DNA of 64,000 nucleotides from an uncultured Porphyromonadaceae bacterium (GTDB taxonomy: Bacteria > Bacteroidota > Bacteroidia > Bacteroidales > Muribaculaceae). The first letter of the stretch is position 1. Every line of letters begins with the position of its first letter. Below, one piece after another: positions 47,847-56,418 of this stretch. The DNA lies in contig CAMEGQ010000002.1 of assembly GCA_945916235.1 (NCBI GenBank), positions 4,786-68,785 on the forward strand, in the 5' to 3' direction. Under the pieces are notes generated by a model. The model made no database searches. It had not been told where the DNA came from and saw only the letters and a list, made by a program, of their open reading frames with translations. The position numbers and the translations under genes were made by a program.

Positions 47847-50504
47847 TTACAAGATTTTGCCGTCTTTTACGCTGACGGTATATGTGCCTGACCCGTAGGT
47901 CTTTGTTTCGTATTTGCCGTTGCCCGTGGGGATGCAGACGTCGGCTGTGGTGTTGGCCGGGATGGTGAAAGTCCAGCTAAACAGTCCGTTACGGTTGGTC
48001 CAGGCGCTCCCGACGGGGCCGTAGACGCTCCGGTAGCTTGCCGATACGCTTTCAAGCCCTTCAGGCACTACTGGCTTAAGCATCAGATGCTTGTAGCCGT
48101 GGCTCCCCTCAGCGTTGTTTATTCCGGCCAGGTAGGCGTATTCCCAGATCAGAAGGTCGCCGAGGAGCATCACATGGTTGCCCGAATTCATGTCGGGGGC
48201 GGCGGTGTTGCCGTTCCAGAGCTCCCAGATGGTAGTGGCGCCCTGGTCGGCCATATAGCCCCACGAGGGGTAGTCGCGGTTGGTGGCCAGCTTCAGGGCC
48301 AGGTCGGTGCGGCCGTTTTCGGTGAGTCCGCGCATCAGATGCTGGATCCCCATCACTCCTACGCTCACATGACCTTTGAAATCGCCCATGGTCTTGTCGA
48401 CGATGTTCTGCATCACCTTATGCTCATATCCCTGTGGCACCATGCCGAAGCGCAGGGGGAGCAGATTGGAGGTGACGGTATTGTTGGCATACTGAGCCGT
48501 AGCCTCGTTGAAAAACCGGCGGTTGAAGGCGTCGCGCACCTTTACGGCTTCGGCTTCCAGAGTCCCGGCGTCGGCATCCTTACCGGCGATGCGCGCGAAT
48601 TTTGCCAGCAGCTTCGACAGGTAATAGCGGTGGGAGGTGGCGAGCAGGGCGCCGTCGGTAGTACGTGTGGAATCTTTCGAATGAATCAGCCACTTGTTCT
48701 CGGGAGGGAGACACCAGTCGCCGTATTCGTCGCGCTCGATGATGTAGTCCTTCTCGTATACGGCACACATGTGGTCGAACCATCGCTTCATGGCCGGATA
48801 ATGTCTGAGGATAGGCTCAGAGTCGCCATACTGCTGATATATCATGTCGGCCACGGTGAGAAACGCCGCGGGCCAGGTCATATTGTCGGAGTTGACATCC
48901 CAGTAGAGCGGAGCGATATCGGGGATGCTCCCGTTGGCCATCTGCACCGATTCGATATCGTCGAGCCATTTGGTGTAGAGTAGATGGTTGCCGAAGGGGA
49001 AGGCTTCGCCGTAGGCTCCCGTGGTGCGGTCGCCGAGCCATCCCATGCGCTCGTCGCGCTGCGGGCAGTCGGTGGGCATGCCGCAGTAGTTGCTGCGTAT
49101 TCCCCAGAATGCGTTGCGGTAGATCTGATTGATAGTCGGGTCGGAGGTGGAAAATTCGCCGGTGGTGGGCATGTCGTCGTAAACCACCATCCCCCAGAAT
49201 TCATTGGGCGAGGCCTGATAGTTGAGCCCTTCGATCTCCACATAGCGGAAGCCGTGGTAGGTGAAGCGCGGCTCCCACCTCTGCTCGCCCCATTCGGCCA
49301 GGCGGTAGGTGTCGGCGGGTTTGGCCGAGCGCAGATTGGTCACATACAGGGTGCTGTCGGGGTTGAGGGTCTCGGAGTAGCGTACCTTGATCTCCTTACT
49401 GTTGATGCCGCCGCGGAATTTGCAGCGCAGCCAGCCGACCATGTTCTGCCCCATGTCGATGACGAACACACCGGGGCGCGTCTCGAACATGCGCTTGGGG
49501 GTGATGATGTCTTTAATCTTCAGCGATGGGTTCATCTGAGGCTCCAGGCGGCCGCCGGGGGAGCCGGTCAGCGGAGCGGCCATCCAGGTCGAGTCGTTGT
49601 AGCCGTTGCAGTTCCAGCCGTCCATCTCCATGGTGGCGTCGTAGATTTCGCCGTCGTAGATGCTGGCGGCGCGTACGGGCCCCTGGTCGGTCAGACGCCA
49701 GCTGCCGTCGCTGACCACACTCTGGCGCGCGCCGTCTTTGTAGACTATCTCCAGGCGGCTGAGCATGCGCGGATAGCCGAACGAGCGGTTGGAGGGCATG
49801 CGCTCGGGCATGTAGCGGCCGTTGGAGAGCGTCACTCCGATGGTGTTGCGCCCGCGCTTCAGCAGCGCTGTCACGTCGTGGGCGTTGTAGCGCACGAGCT
49901 TGTTGAACATGGTGGGCATCTGCAGGAGCACCTCGTCGGTGACGTTCTGCCCGTTGAGCGAGGCCTCATACAGGCCCAGACCCACGATGTAGAGCGTGGC
50001 ATAATCCACCTCTTTATCTTCCGTGGCGAACTCCTTGCGCAGATAGCGTGCCGGCACGGCCTCGGCGGGGTTGTCTCCCTTGAGCTTTCCGCCCAGCCAT
50101 TCGGCGCCCCATCTCATCTCGCCGCCGGGGATGCCGGTCTGAAACATTTCAGCCTCGGAAGTGGCCGTCTGGCCGTGGTTGTCGCTGACGGTGACGGTCC
50201 ACCGGTAGCGCGTCATGGGCTGCAGAGCCTTCCCGGCGTAGGGGATATAGACCGACTGCTCCGATGTTACTTCGCCCGAGTCCCATACGGGGCCGTTGGC
50301 GTCGCTGACGCGGATGCGGTAGGTGTTCTGGAGTGTATTTTGCCGGTCGGAATCGAGTTTCCAGCTGAAGCGCGGGGCCTGAGCCTCGACGCAAAGCGGC
50401 CGCCGGGCCATCTCGGTGGTCAGATCGTTCACTTCAAGCTTGGCTGCCGCCTGCATTGTCGCCAGACTTATCAGCCCGATAGAAGCTACTCTTAACAGGT
50501 TCAT
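47847..50504 (-). CDS. Alpha-L-rhamnosidase, glycoside hydrolase family 78
   Basis: 885 aa with a signal peptide and N-terminal ..APRFSWKL.S......Q..YRI.V. The catalytic (alpha/alpha)6 motif is DCPQRDERMGWLGD. Confidence 0.9.
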   Translation of the reverse strand: MNLLRVASIGLISLATMQAAAKLEVNDLTTEMARRPLCVEAQAPRFSWKLDSDRQNTLQNTYRIRVSDANGPVWDSGEVTSEQSVYIPYAGKALQPMTRYRWTVTVSDNHGQTATSEAEMFQTGIPGGEMRWGAEWLGGKLKGDNPAEAVPARYLRKEFATEDKEVDYATLYIVGLGLYEASLNGQNVTDEVLLQMPTMFNKLVRYNAHDVTALLKRGRNTIGVTLSNGRYMPERMPSNRSFGYPRMLSRLEIVYKDGARQSVVSDGSWRLTDQGPVRAASIYDGEIYDATMEMDGWNCNGYNDSTWMAAPLTGSPGGRLEPQMNPSLKIKDIITPKRMFETRPGVFVIDMGQNMVGWLRCKFRGGINSKEIKVRYSETLNPDSTLYVTNLRSAKPADTYRLAEWGEQRWEPRFTYHGFRYVEIEGLNYQASPNEFWGMVVYDDMPTTGEFSTSDPTINQIYRNAFWGIRSNYCGMPTDCPQRDERMGWLGDRTTGAYGEAFPFGNHLLYTKWLDDIESVQMANGSIPDIAPLYWDVNSDNMTWPAAFLTVADMIYQQYGDSEPILRHYPAMKRWFDHMCAVYEKDYIIERDEYGDWCLPPENKWLIHSKDSTRTTDGALLATSHRYYLSKLLAKFARIAGKDADAGTLEAEAVKVRDAFNRRFFNEATAQYANNTVTSNLLPLRFGMVPQGYEHKVMQNIVDKTMGDFKGHVSVGVMGIQHLMRGLTENGRTDLALKLATNRDYPSWGYMADQGATTIWELWNGNTAAPDMNSGNHVMLLGDLLIWEYAYLAGINNAEGSHGYKHLMLKPVVPEGLESVSASYRSVYGPVGSAWTNRNGLFSWTFTIPANTTADVCIPTGNGKYETKTYGSGTYTVSVKDGKIL

Positions 50505-50546
50505 GTTTCAGACAATATATTGGATTTTTAAAATTCTTTCACGCAG

Positions 50547-51935
50547 TTAAAACTCTTTTACGCAGGGCTTGCCGTCGAGCCATGCCATCATATTCATTAC
50601 CAGGAAGTTCCAGTTCTGAAATCCCCGGTTGAGCATCGGCTCGCCGCTCACGGGGTCGTAATATTCATGCAGGGCACCGAACCGCTCGTAATCGCGGCCG
50701 AGGAGCAAGACGGTCTTCTCGGCCAGCTCGCGGGCTTCATCCTCGTAGCCGTAGTCCACGAGGCTGCGCCATACGAAGTAGTTGGCGCAGGTCCAGATCG
50801 GGCCGAGCCACGACGAAGGGTTGCCGCTGGCCTTGATATTGTACATCTTTTCGGTGGGCGACAGCGTGTAAACGCCTGCCGGGGCGTGAAACAGCTTGTC
50901 GTTGCGGTAGTTACGCTCCACGATCTCCCTGGCCTGCTCCTCAGTGGCTATACCGGCCCACATGGGCAGAAAGCCGCTCCATACGCTGAAGCGCTGCAGC
51001 AGGCAGTCGTAGTCGCGCGGCGCTCCCTGATGGAGCGTAAATCCCGAATGGTCGGGCTTTTGGACCGGAAGCAGATTAAGGTCGACGCTGTAGTAGAATC
51101 CGTCGCGCGGATCCCAGCAATGCCGGTTGATGGCCTCAGCCAGCTCGCGGGCCATCCCTTCGTAGTCAGCGGCGGCTGATGTCATGCCCAGACACTCGCT
51201 GATGTAGACCATGGCTTTGAGCTCGCGATACATCAGAGCGTTGAGAAAGACAGAGCCGGAACTCTCCTCCGGGCGGTAGAAGGTCGAGGGGTCGTTGTCG
51301 ACTCCGATCATCTCATCGTTTTCCCAGTAGAGCAGCCCCGTGGCCTTATGGCGGTGGAAGGTCATGTATCTGTTGACGAAAGCGGCGAGCTTTGCAAAGT
51401 CTTCGCGCAGCCATTCGGCGTCGCCGTCCATGTTTCTGACGATAAATGCCGCATGCTGAGCCAGGCAGGGCTTGTGCATGTTGTTCTTGTAAGTGTTGCG
51501 TGAGCGGAGCATCTCGTCGCGCGAGGGGGAAGAGGCGGAAATGAGGATGGGGACATATCCGTCGAATCCTCCGTAGCTTAACGAGTTGAGCACACACCCC
51601 TGCTCATATTTCAGCGCTTCTTTGCGGTCGGCTTTTGAGCCGTAATCCTGCAGAATCTGGCGCAGGGCCACGCTGGTGAGCCATGAGTCCCAGTCCCATA
51701 AATCGTTGAGATAGGCTGCGCTGCCGGGCACGATAAAGGGGTATCTGAGCGAACCGGCAGGCTCGCGGTACATCTTCTTAAGGTTGGTGCTGATGCTGTC
51801 GCGGCAGATTTTCTTATACTTTTCAAGGTTGGCTGCAGTGCGCTCGGGCATCGCACCCGCAAGGCTCAGGCAGGCTGAAAGGGTCAGCGCAGTACAGATA
51901 AAGATGCGTTTAAAGGGTTTTAGCGTGGTGTTCAT
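50547..51935 (-). CDS. (alpha/alpha)6 six-hairpin glycoside hydrolase, GH63/GH37-like (MGH1/trehalase-like)
   Basis: 462 aa with possible lipobox LSAC. LNDLWDWDSWLTS and WLGPIWTCANYFVWRSLVDYGY parallel the trehalase/GH63 signature positions but are not canonical GH37. Confidence 0.6.
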   Translation of the reverse strand: MNTTLKPFKRIFICTALTLSACLSLAGAMPERTAANLEKYKKICRDSISTNLKKMYREPAGSLRYPFIVPGSAAYLNDLWDWDSWLTSVALRQILQDYGSKADRKEALKYEQGCVLNSLSYGGFDGYVPILISASSPSRDEMLRSRNTYKNNMHKPCLAQHAAFIVRNMDGDAEWLREDFAKLAAFVNRYMTFHRHKATGLLYWENDEMIGVDNDPSTFYRPEESSGSVFLNALMYRELKAMVYISECLGMTSAAADYEGMARELAEAINRHCWDPRDGFYYSVDLNLLPVQKPDHSGFTLHQGAPRDYDCLLQRFSVWSGFLPMWAGIATEEQAREIVERNYRNDKLFHAPAGVYTLSPTEKMYNIKASGNPSSWLGPIWTCANYFVWRSLVDYGYEDEARELAEKTVLLLGRDYERFGALHEYYDPVSGEPMLNRGFQNWNFLVMNMMAWLDGKPCVKEF

Positions 51936-52000
51936 AAGGTGATGAATCAGTGAGAATAGTCAGGCAATTCGCCCTTTCGGGCGCGGCTGGACGGGGAGGC

Positions 52001-53392
52001 TTATTCTCCGTAGAGATATTTATATGCCGCGAGATATGTGCCGGCAGTCCAGCCGAGGAATTCGCCCGAAAGGTCATATTCATGGTGGGCTTCGTGGTTC
52101 CCCTGCAGGGCGTTGTGCTTCTCCCAGAGGCGGCGGGTGGCGCCGAAGATGTCAGTCTGAACGTCGACATACTTGCGGGCTATGCGTGCGGCTTCCGCGG
52201 GATATCCGGCGCGGTCAAGTCCGGCGAATGCTGCATAATGGAGCGGGGCCCAGCCATTGGGGGCGTCCCATTGGGCGAAAGGCTCCTCGCCGGGGCGAAG
52301 CTCACAGGTAAGGATACCGTAGGCAGTCTCCAGACGTGGCAGAGATTCCACCACTCTGGCTGCGCTCTCAGCTGAGGCGGCTCCCTGCCATAGCGGCCAG
52401 AAGACAGCGGCGCTGTATACGTCAGAACGACAATCGTTTACGTAGTCATAGTCGAAATACAGATCCGTAGCGGGGTCGATCATCGTGCTGTCCATCAGCG
52501 CCTTGCGCTTTGCGGCCTTGGCTTCCCAGCCCCCGGCCCCTTCGCGGCGGAGGATGCGGATGAAGTCGGCCATATTGCGCTCATAGCCGTAAAGGATGGC
52601 GTTGAGGTCTACGGGGTTGAAGTCCATGCAACGGCCTTTGAATCGCGGATTGAAGTCCCAGCCCGATTCGGCCTCGGCCAGCAGATGGGCGCCTAAGGTC
52701 TTCCGGGCTTCGTCGCTGAGCGTGGACGGATCGATGCGCACACGCTGCGCAATCTCTTTGCAGAAATCTATCAGCTCGGCGTCGGTGGCGCTGTGACCGT
52801 AGCGGTTAAGCCCGTTGGGGGCGAGTCGGTTGGTCATCCAGTAGGTGTATTCCTTCTCCAGGCGCGGCATCATGCGCTCCAGGAAGAGAGTGTCGGCCGT
52901 GGCGTCGAAGTAGTCGCGCACCATCATGCAGAACAGCGGCGGCTGGGTGCGGTTGATCAGCCCTCGGCCCGTGCCGTTCGGCATGTAGCCGAGGGTGTCA
53001 ATCAGCCATGCTATATCTTCTATATTGTTGAGGGCTTGGTCTTTATCGCCGATGGTGAGCAGGCCGGCATTGGTGAAATAAGTGTCCCAGTAGAACATGT
53101 CGCGGAAACCGCCGCCGCGGCAGGGGACGCTGTAGGGCTTCGGAAGCTTGAAATACCCCTCGGAGGTGATCGGGAGCACACTCTCCGGCATCGCTCCGGC
53201 TATAAACTGACGCAACTCCAATGCGCCTTGGCTCGGCTTGGCTTTCCTCTCAGCGGCCGGGGCCTGTGCTGAAGCAGGGCAGACCGCCGGGGTCCGGCCC
53301 ACATAATATTCACTTTCGGCTGCGACCGAATGGCTGCCGCAGAATCCGCTGACTAATAAAGCTAAAAGTAATTTGGCAGAAATGTCTTTCAT
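52001..53392 (-). CDS. GH37 trehalase-family glycosidase
   Basis: 463 aa with a signal peptide. Both GH37 signatures are recognisable: GGGFRDMFYWDTYFTNAGLL (cf. PGGRF.E.Y.WD.Y) and QWDAPNGWAPLHY (cf. QWD.P.GWAP). TQPPLF and ESGWDFNPRF are also present. Confidence 0.8.
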   Translation of the reverse strand: MKDISAKLLLALLVSGFCGSHSVAAESEYYVGRTPAVCPASAQAPAAERKAKPSQGALELRQFIAGAMPESVLPITSEGYFKLPKPYSVPCRGGGFRDMFYWDTYFTNAGLLTIGDKDQALNNIEDIAWLIDTLGYMPNGTGRGLINRTQPPLFCMMVRDYFDATADTLFLERMMPRLEKEYTYWMTNRLAPNGLNRYGHSATDAELIDFCKEIAQRVRIDPSTLSDEARKTLGAHLLAEAESGWDFNPRFKGRCMDFNPVDLNAILYGYERNMADFIRILRREGAGGWEAKAAKRKALMDSTMIDPATDLYFDYDYVNDCRSDVYSAAVFWPLWQGAASAESAARVVESLPRLETAYGILTCELRPGEEPFAQWDAPNGWAPLHYAAFAGLDRAGYPAEAARIARKYVDVQTDIFGATRRLWEKHNALQGNHEAHHEYDLSGEFLGWTAGTYLAAYKYLYGE

Positions 53393-53587
53393 GATAATGA
53401 AGCGCGTCGGGACCGTCAGTCCCGACCGCGGATATTAGGTTATTCGACGTTAAGACTTATTTAAGAGCTTTAACATACTCACTTTTTGACCGCCTGCCGG
53501 AAAATTTTATTGGATTTTTTGTTAATTTTGCTCTCGGCAGCAAAGGACATCAGGCTGAATGACAGCAGCATTGAACACAATGTTATC

Positions 53588-54184
53588 ATGAAAAAATTAA
53601 TCCTCACCGCCCTCATCGGCGTTTTATCGCTTAATGTTATGGCACAACAGAAAATACTGCAGACCGCCGGACAGACTCAGCTCGGCGACTTCGCTCCGCA
53701 GTTTGCCGAGCTCAACGACAAGGTGCTGTTCGGTCCCGAAGTGTGGAACGACTCCACCCTCAGCCTTCACGACCGCGAGCGCTTCCAGCAGGAGATGATT
53801 TTCCCCATCGGCGAACCCAACACGGCCTATGCTCAGTATTTCGTCGGCAACAGCTATCTGGCTCCGCTGTCAGCGGCTCAGATTCCGTTCTCCAACGTCA
53901 CGTTCGAACCCGGCTGCCGCAATAACTGGCACATCCACAAAGCTACCTCCGGAGGCGGCCAGATGCTTGTAGGCGTGGCAGGCCGCGGATGGTATCAGGA
54001 AGAGGGAAAACCCGCAGTGGAGATCCTTCCCGGCACCGTAATCCATATCCCTGCGAATGTGAAACACTGGCACGGCGCTGCCAAAGACAGCTGGTTCGCC
54101 CATCTGGCTTTCTCCGTGCCGGGCGAAAACACTTCGAATGAATGGCTGGAACCCGTGGACGAAGCTACCTACTTCGCCCTGTGA
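53588..54184 (+). CDS. Cupin-domain protein with residual carboxymuconolactone-decarboxylase-like N-terminal segment
   Basis: Start at MKKLILTALIGVLSLNVMAQ. FAPQFAELNDKVLFGPEVWNDSTLSLHDRE resembles about 30 aa of a CMD domain. A complete cupin follows (FEPGCRNNWHIH..GGQMLVG..G.G...EEG......PG.V..IP..V.HWHGA). Confidence 0.7.
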   Translation: MKKLILTALIGVLSLNVMAQQKILQTAGQTQLGDFAPQFAELNDKVLFGPEVWNDSTLSLHDRERFQQEMIFPIGEPNTAYAQYFVGNSYLAPLSAAQIPFSNVTFEPGCRNNWHIHKATSGGGQMLVGVAGRGWYQEEGKPAVEILPGTVIHIPANVKHWHGAAKDSWFAHLAFSVPGENTSNEWLEPVDEATYFAL

Positions 54185-54223
54185 TGAACCGCATAGGATG
54201 TGTAATTGTTAGAACCTTTGGAA

Positions 54224-54871
54224 ATGAAACATCTTCTGATATTAATCCTTACGGTTATGATCAATGCTACGATGTCGGGCCTCAATGCCAAGGCTCGCGA
54301 AGTAATCAAACTCAACGAGCCCGATATGTCGCGGCCCGTAACCATGATGCAGGCGTTCGCCCAGCGTCATTCCGAGAGAGCGTTTGCTCCCGAAATGCTC
54401 ACGGATCAAGACTTGTCCGACCTCCTGTGGGCCGCTGACGGCATCAACCGCCCCGACGGTCACCGCACCGCTCCCTCGGGCATGAACGCCCACGACGTCG
54501 ACATATATCTGCTCACCGCCGAAGGCGCGTATCTCTTCAATCCGGCGGAGAAATGCCTGACGCTCGTGGCCGAAGGCGACCACCGCGCCCTCATCCGCGG
54601 ACCGCAACCTGATTTCCCGCTTCCCGCTGTGGCCTTCGTAATGACCACGACCCCTTCGCGCTTCAATTTCCCCGACGCTCATCTGGCTGAAGTGATGGGC
54701 AATGTCGATGCCGGCATCATATCGCAAAATATAAGCCTCTTCTGCGGCGGCGCAGGTCTGGCCAACGTGCCGCGCGTCTCGATGGACTATCCCGGCCTCG
54801 CCGCGCTCCTGCGCCTCCCGGCCGGCACCACCCCCGTAATCAACAACTGCGTCGGCTACCCCGCCCGCTAA
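54224..54871 (+). CDS. Nitroreductase-family (SagB-type) protein with N-terminal signal-like segment
   Basis: Contains RHSERAF......DLSDLLWAADGINRP..HRTAPS..N...V.IY followed by ..G.ISQNI.LF. Confidence 0.7.
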   Translation: MKHLLILILTVMINATMSGLNAKAREVIKLNEPDMSRPVTMMQAFAQRHSERAFAPEMLTDQDLSDLLWAADGINRPDGHRTAPSGMNAHDVDIYLLTAEGAYLFNPAEKCLTLVAEGDHRALIRGPQPDFPLPAVAFVMTTTPSRFNFPDAHLAEVMGNVDAGIISQNISLFCGGAGLANVPRVSMDYPGLAALLRLPAGTTPVINNCVGYPAR

Positions 54872-55022
54872 CAACCTCCATACTGTAAGCCCCGGTTCTC
54901 ATCTATTATTCTAAGCAATATTAGTCGGTACCGGGGCTTGCTGTCTCCGGCGATGGCTCTGTCAGGGGTAAGCCTTTATCGCACTGGTAAATAGCGCCGG
55001 GGTGCTTTTGTTGGCGAAAGAC

Positions 55023-55075
55023 TGTTCGGTAATTTGGCGCGGTTTTGTTCGGTAATTTGGCGCGACTTTGTTCGG
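55023..55075. repeat. 23-bp tandem direct repeat, 2.3 units (gttcggtaatttggcgcg + 5-nt spacer)
   Basis: gttcggtaatttggcgcg occurs at 55023-55040 and again at 55046-55063, and a partial gttcggg lies at 55069-55075. The array sits 108-160 nt upstream of the RHH antitoxin gene. Confidence 0.85.
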
Positions 55076-55182
55076 GAGTCTCGAAATATTTCTCTATTTT
55101 GATGCGGTGGCCCTGCGATGGATCTGTTTTATTTGCATTTGTGATATAAATGTATTTGTTTTGCATACAAAAGAAAGTTATT

Positions 55183-55434
55183 ATGGATATAACAATACAA
55201 AAAAAGGCACAGAGCTTCCGCTTGCCGGTAGATTTAATTGAACGTCTGAAAATGATGGCCAAGCGTCAGAATCGCAGTCTTAACAATTTCGTTGAGTGCG
55301 CATTGCTCGATATAGCTTATAATGAACCCAATGCCGAGACTAAAGCTGCTATGGAGGAGGCTCGCTCCGGCAAATTGAGTGGGCCGCTTGATGTATCGAG
55401 TGTAGAAGCCATGTATAAGTCTATGGGCTTATGA
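55183..55434 (+). CDS. Ribbon-helix-helix antitoxin (RelB/DinJ-like) of a type II TA pair
   Basis: 83 aa beginning MDITIQKKAQSFRLPVDLIERLKMMAKRQNRSLNNFVECALLD, which reads as beta strand plus two helices. Its stop overlaps an ATG (ATGA) as in TA operons. Confidence 0.7.
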   Translation: MDITIQKKAQSFRLPVDLIERLKMMAKRQNRSLNNFVECALLDIAYNEPNAETKAAMEEARSGKLSGPLDVSSVEAMYKSMGL

Positions 55435-55492
55435 AGCCGAAAACACTATAGGCGTCTTACGTCTTGGATCTCATTCGGAACTATTCGGATAA
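55431..55492 (+). pseudogene. Internally deleted RelE/YafQ-type toxin remnant
   Basis: The overlapping ATG opens MKPKTL and then hits a stop. In another frame, 451-492 encodes GVLRLGSHSELFG*, matching the characteristic ..L.RTGSHSDLF C-terminus of Bacteroidales YafQ/RelE toxins. Confidence 0.5.
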
Positions 55493-55619
55493 ACAAAATG
55501 CAAGCCGGGGCTTCGGCTGATTCCCGGCGGCATAATATGCAAAAAGAGAGCTAAGTCAAACGGCTTAACTCTCTGATTTTATTTGGGATGTCTCCGGATG
55601 TCAGTTCATCGGGCGGAGG

Positions 55620-56243
55620 TTAGGGGCGGGGGAGGGAGCCTTCGCGGGAGAGGATGGCCCGGAGGTCGGATTCGTATTGCCCGGCGTTCTTGAACTGGAT
55701 GGCGTGGAGGCCGAAGCGGCGCGCGGCCTCCACGTTTGCCTCCACGTCGTCGGTAAAGACGCTCTCATCGGGCCTCAGCGAGTAGCGGTCGCACAACAGG
55801 GCGTAAATCTCGGGTTCGGGCTTGATGATCTTGTCTTCCGACGAGATTACGCGCCCGTCGAGCAGGCTGAAGATGGGATACTTTGCCATGGTGTGGTACA
55901 CTTTGCTGCACCAGTTGGAGAGGCCGTAAAGTTTGTAGCCTTCGGCTTTCTTTTCGGTCAGCAACCGGCGCATTCCGGCCACTTCGCCCAGCACGAAGTC
56001 GTTGTAATGCAGTGCGAACTGCGCTATCTCGGCGGCATACTGCGGCATGGCCTGCTGCAACTGCCCGATGATGCTGTCGAAGGGGATGTCTTCGCGGTCG
56101 AATCGCTCTGTCCATTTGTCGCCCATCAGGCGGGTGTAGAAATCGAGCGCCCGGGCGTGGGTGGAAAATATGCGGTCGATTATGAAGAAATAATCATAAT
56201 CCACGAGTACTTTCCCAAAGTCAAATATCAGGTTTTTAATCAT
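55620..56243 (-). CDS. HAD-superfamily hydrolase (subfamily IA)
   Basis: 207 aa with motif I IFDFGKVLVDYD, motif II LSNW and the C-terminal motif FTDD. Confidence 0.8.
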   Translation of the reverse strand: MIKNLIFDFGKVLVDYDYFFIIDRIFSTHARALDFYTRLMGDKWTERFDREDIPFDSIIGQLQQAMPQYAAEIAQFALHYNDFVLGEVAGMRRLLTEKKAEGYKLYGLSNWCSKVYHTMAKYPIFSLLDGRVISSEDKIIKPEPEIYALLCDRYSLRPDESVFTDDVEANVEAARRFGLHAIQFKNAGQYESDLRAILSREGSLPRP

Positions 56244-56418
56244 GTCTCTTGGCTTTACCTTTGCGCTTGTAGCGCGTCAGGGCGTCGTTGATGATCCATT
56301 GGAGCTGGCCGTTGACAGAGCGAAATTCATCGGCCGCCCATTTTTCAATGAGCGACATAGTCTCGGGATCGATGCGGAGCAGGAATCCCTTGTCGGCTGT
56401 CTTTTTCGGCGCGGGCAT
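56236..56418 (-). CDS. Arc/MetJ-type ribbon-helix-helix DNA-binding protein
   Basis: 60 aa. FLLRIDPETMSLIEKWAADEFRSVNGQLQWIINDAL reads as beta strand, helix, helix. It overlaps both flanking genes (SPFH and HAD), so it is probably translationally coupled. Confidence 0.6.
   Translation of the reverse strand: MPAPKKTADKGFLLRIDPETMSLIEKWAADEFRSVNGQLQWIINDALTRYKRKGKAKRHD

Noticed and set aside
48984-50495. Very long + strand ORFs antisense to the PUL genes. Examples are 48984-50495 (503 aa), 44752-46089 (445 aa), 47011-47898, 35237-36109, 34373-35227, 31722-32564, 27312-28160 and 24452-25480.
   Set aside because: Their translations are low-complexity and rich in V/G/A/R/H/D with no recognisable motifs. 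The opposite strand encodes proteins with strong family signatures (GH78, SusC, SusD and others). These are typical shadow ORFs of GC-rich coding DNA.
54921-55262. 113-aa minus-strand ORF in the AT-rich gap upstream of the antitoxin.
   Set aside because: It has no motifs and runs through the 23-bp tandem repeat and the antitoxin promoter and start. I considered a relic of a mobile-element gene but found nothing recognisable.
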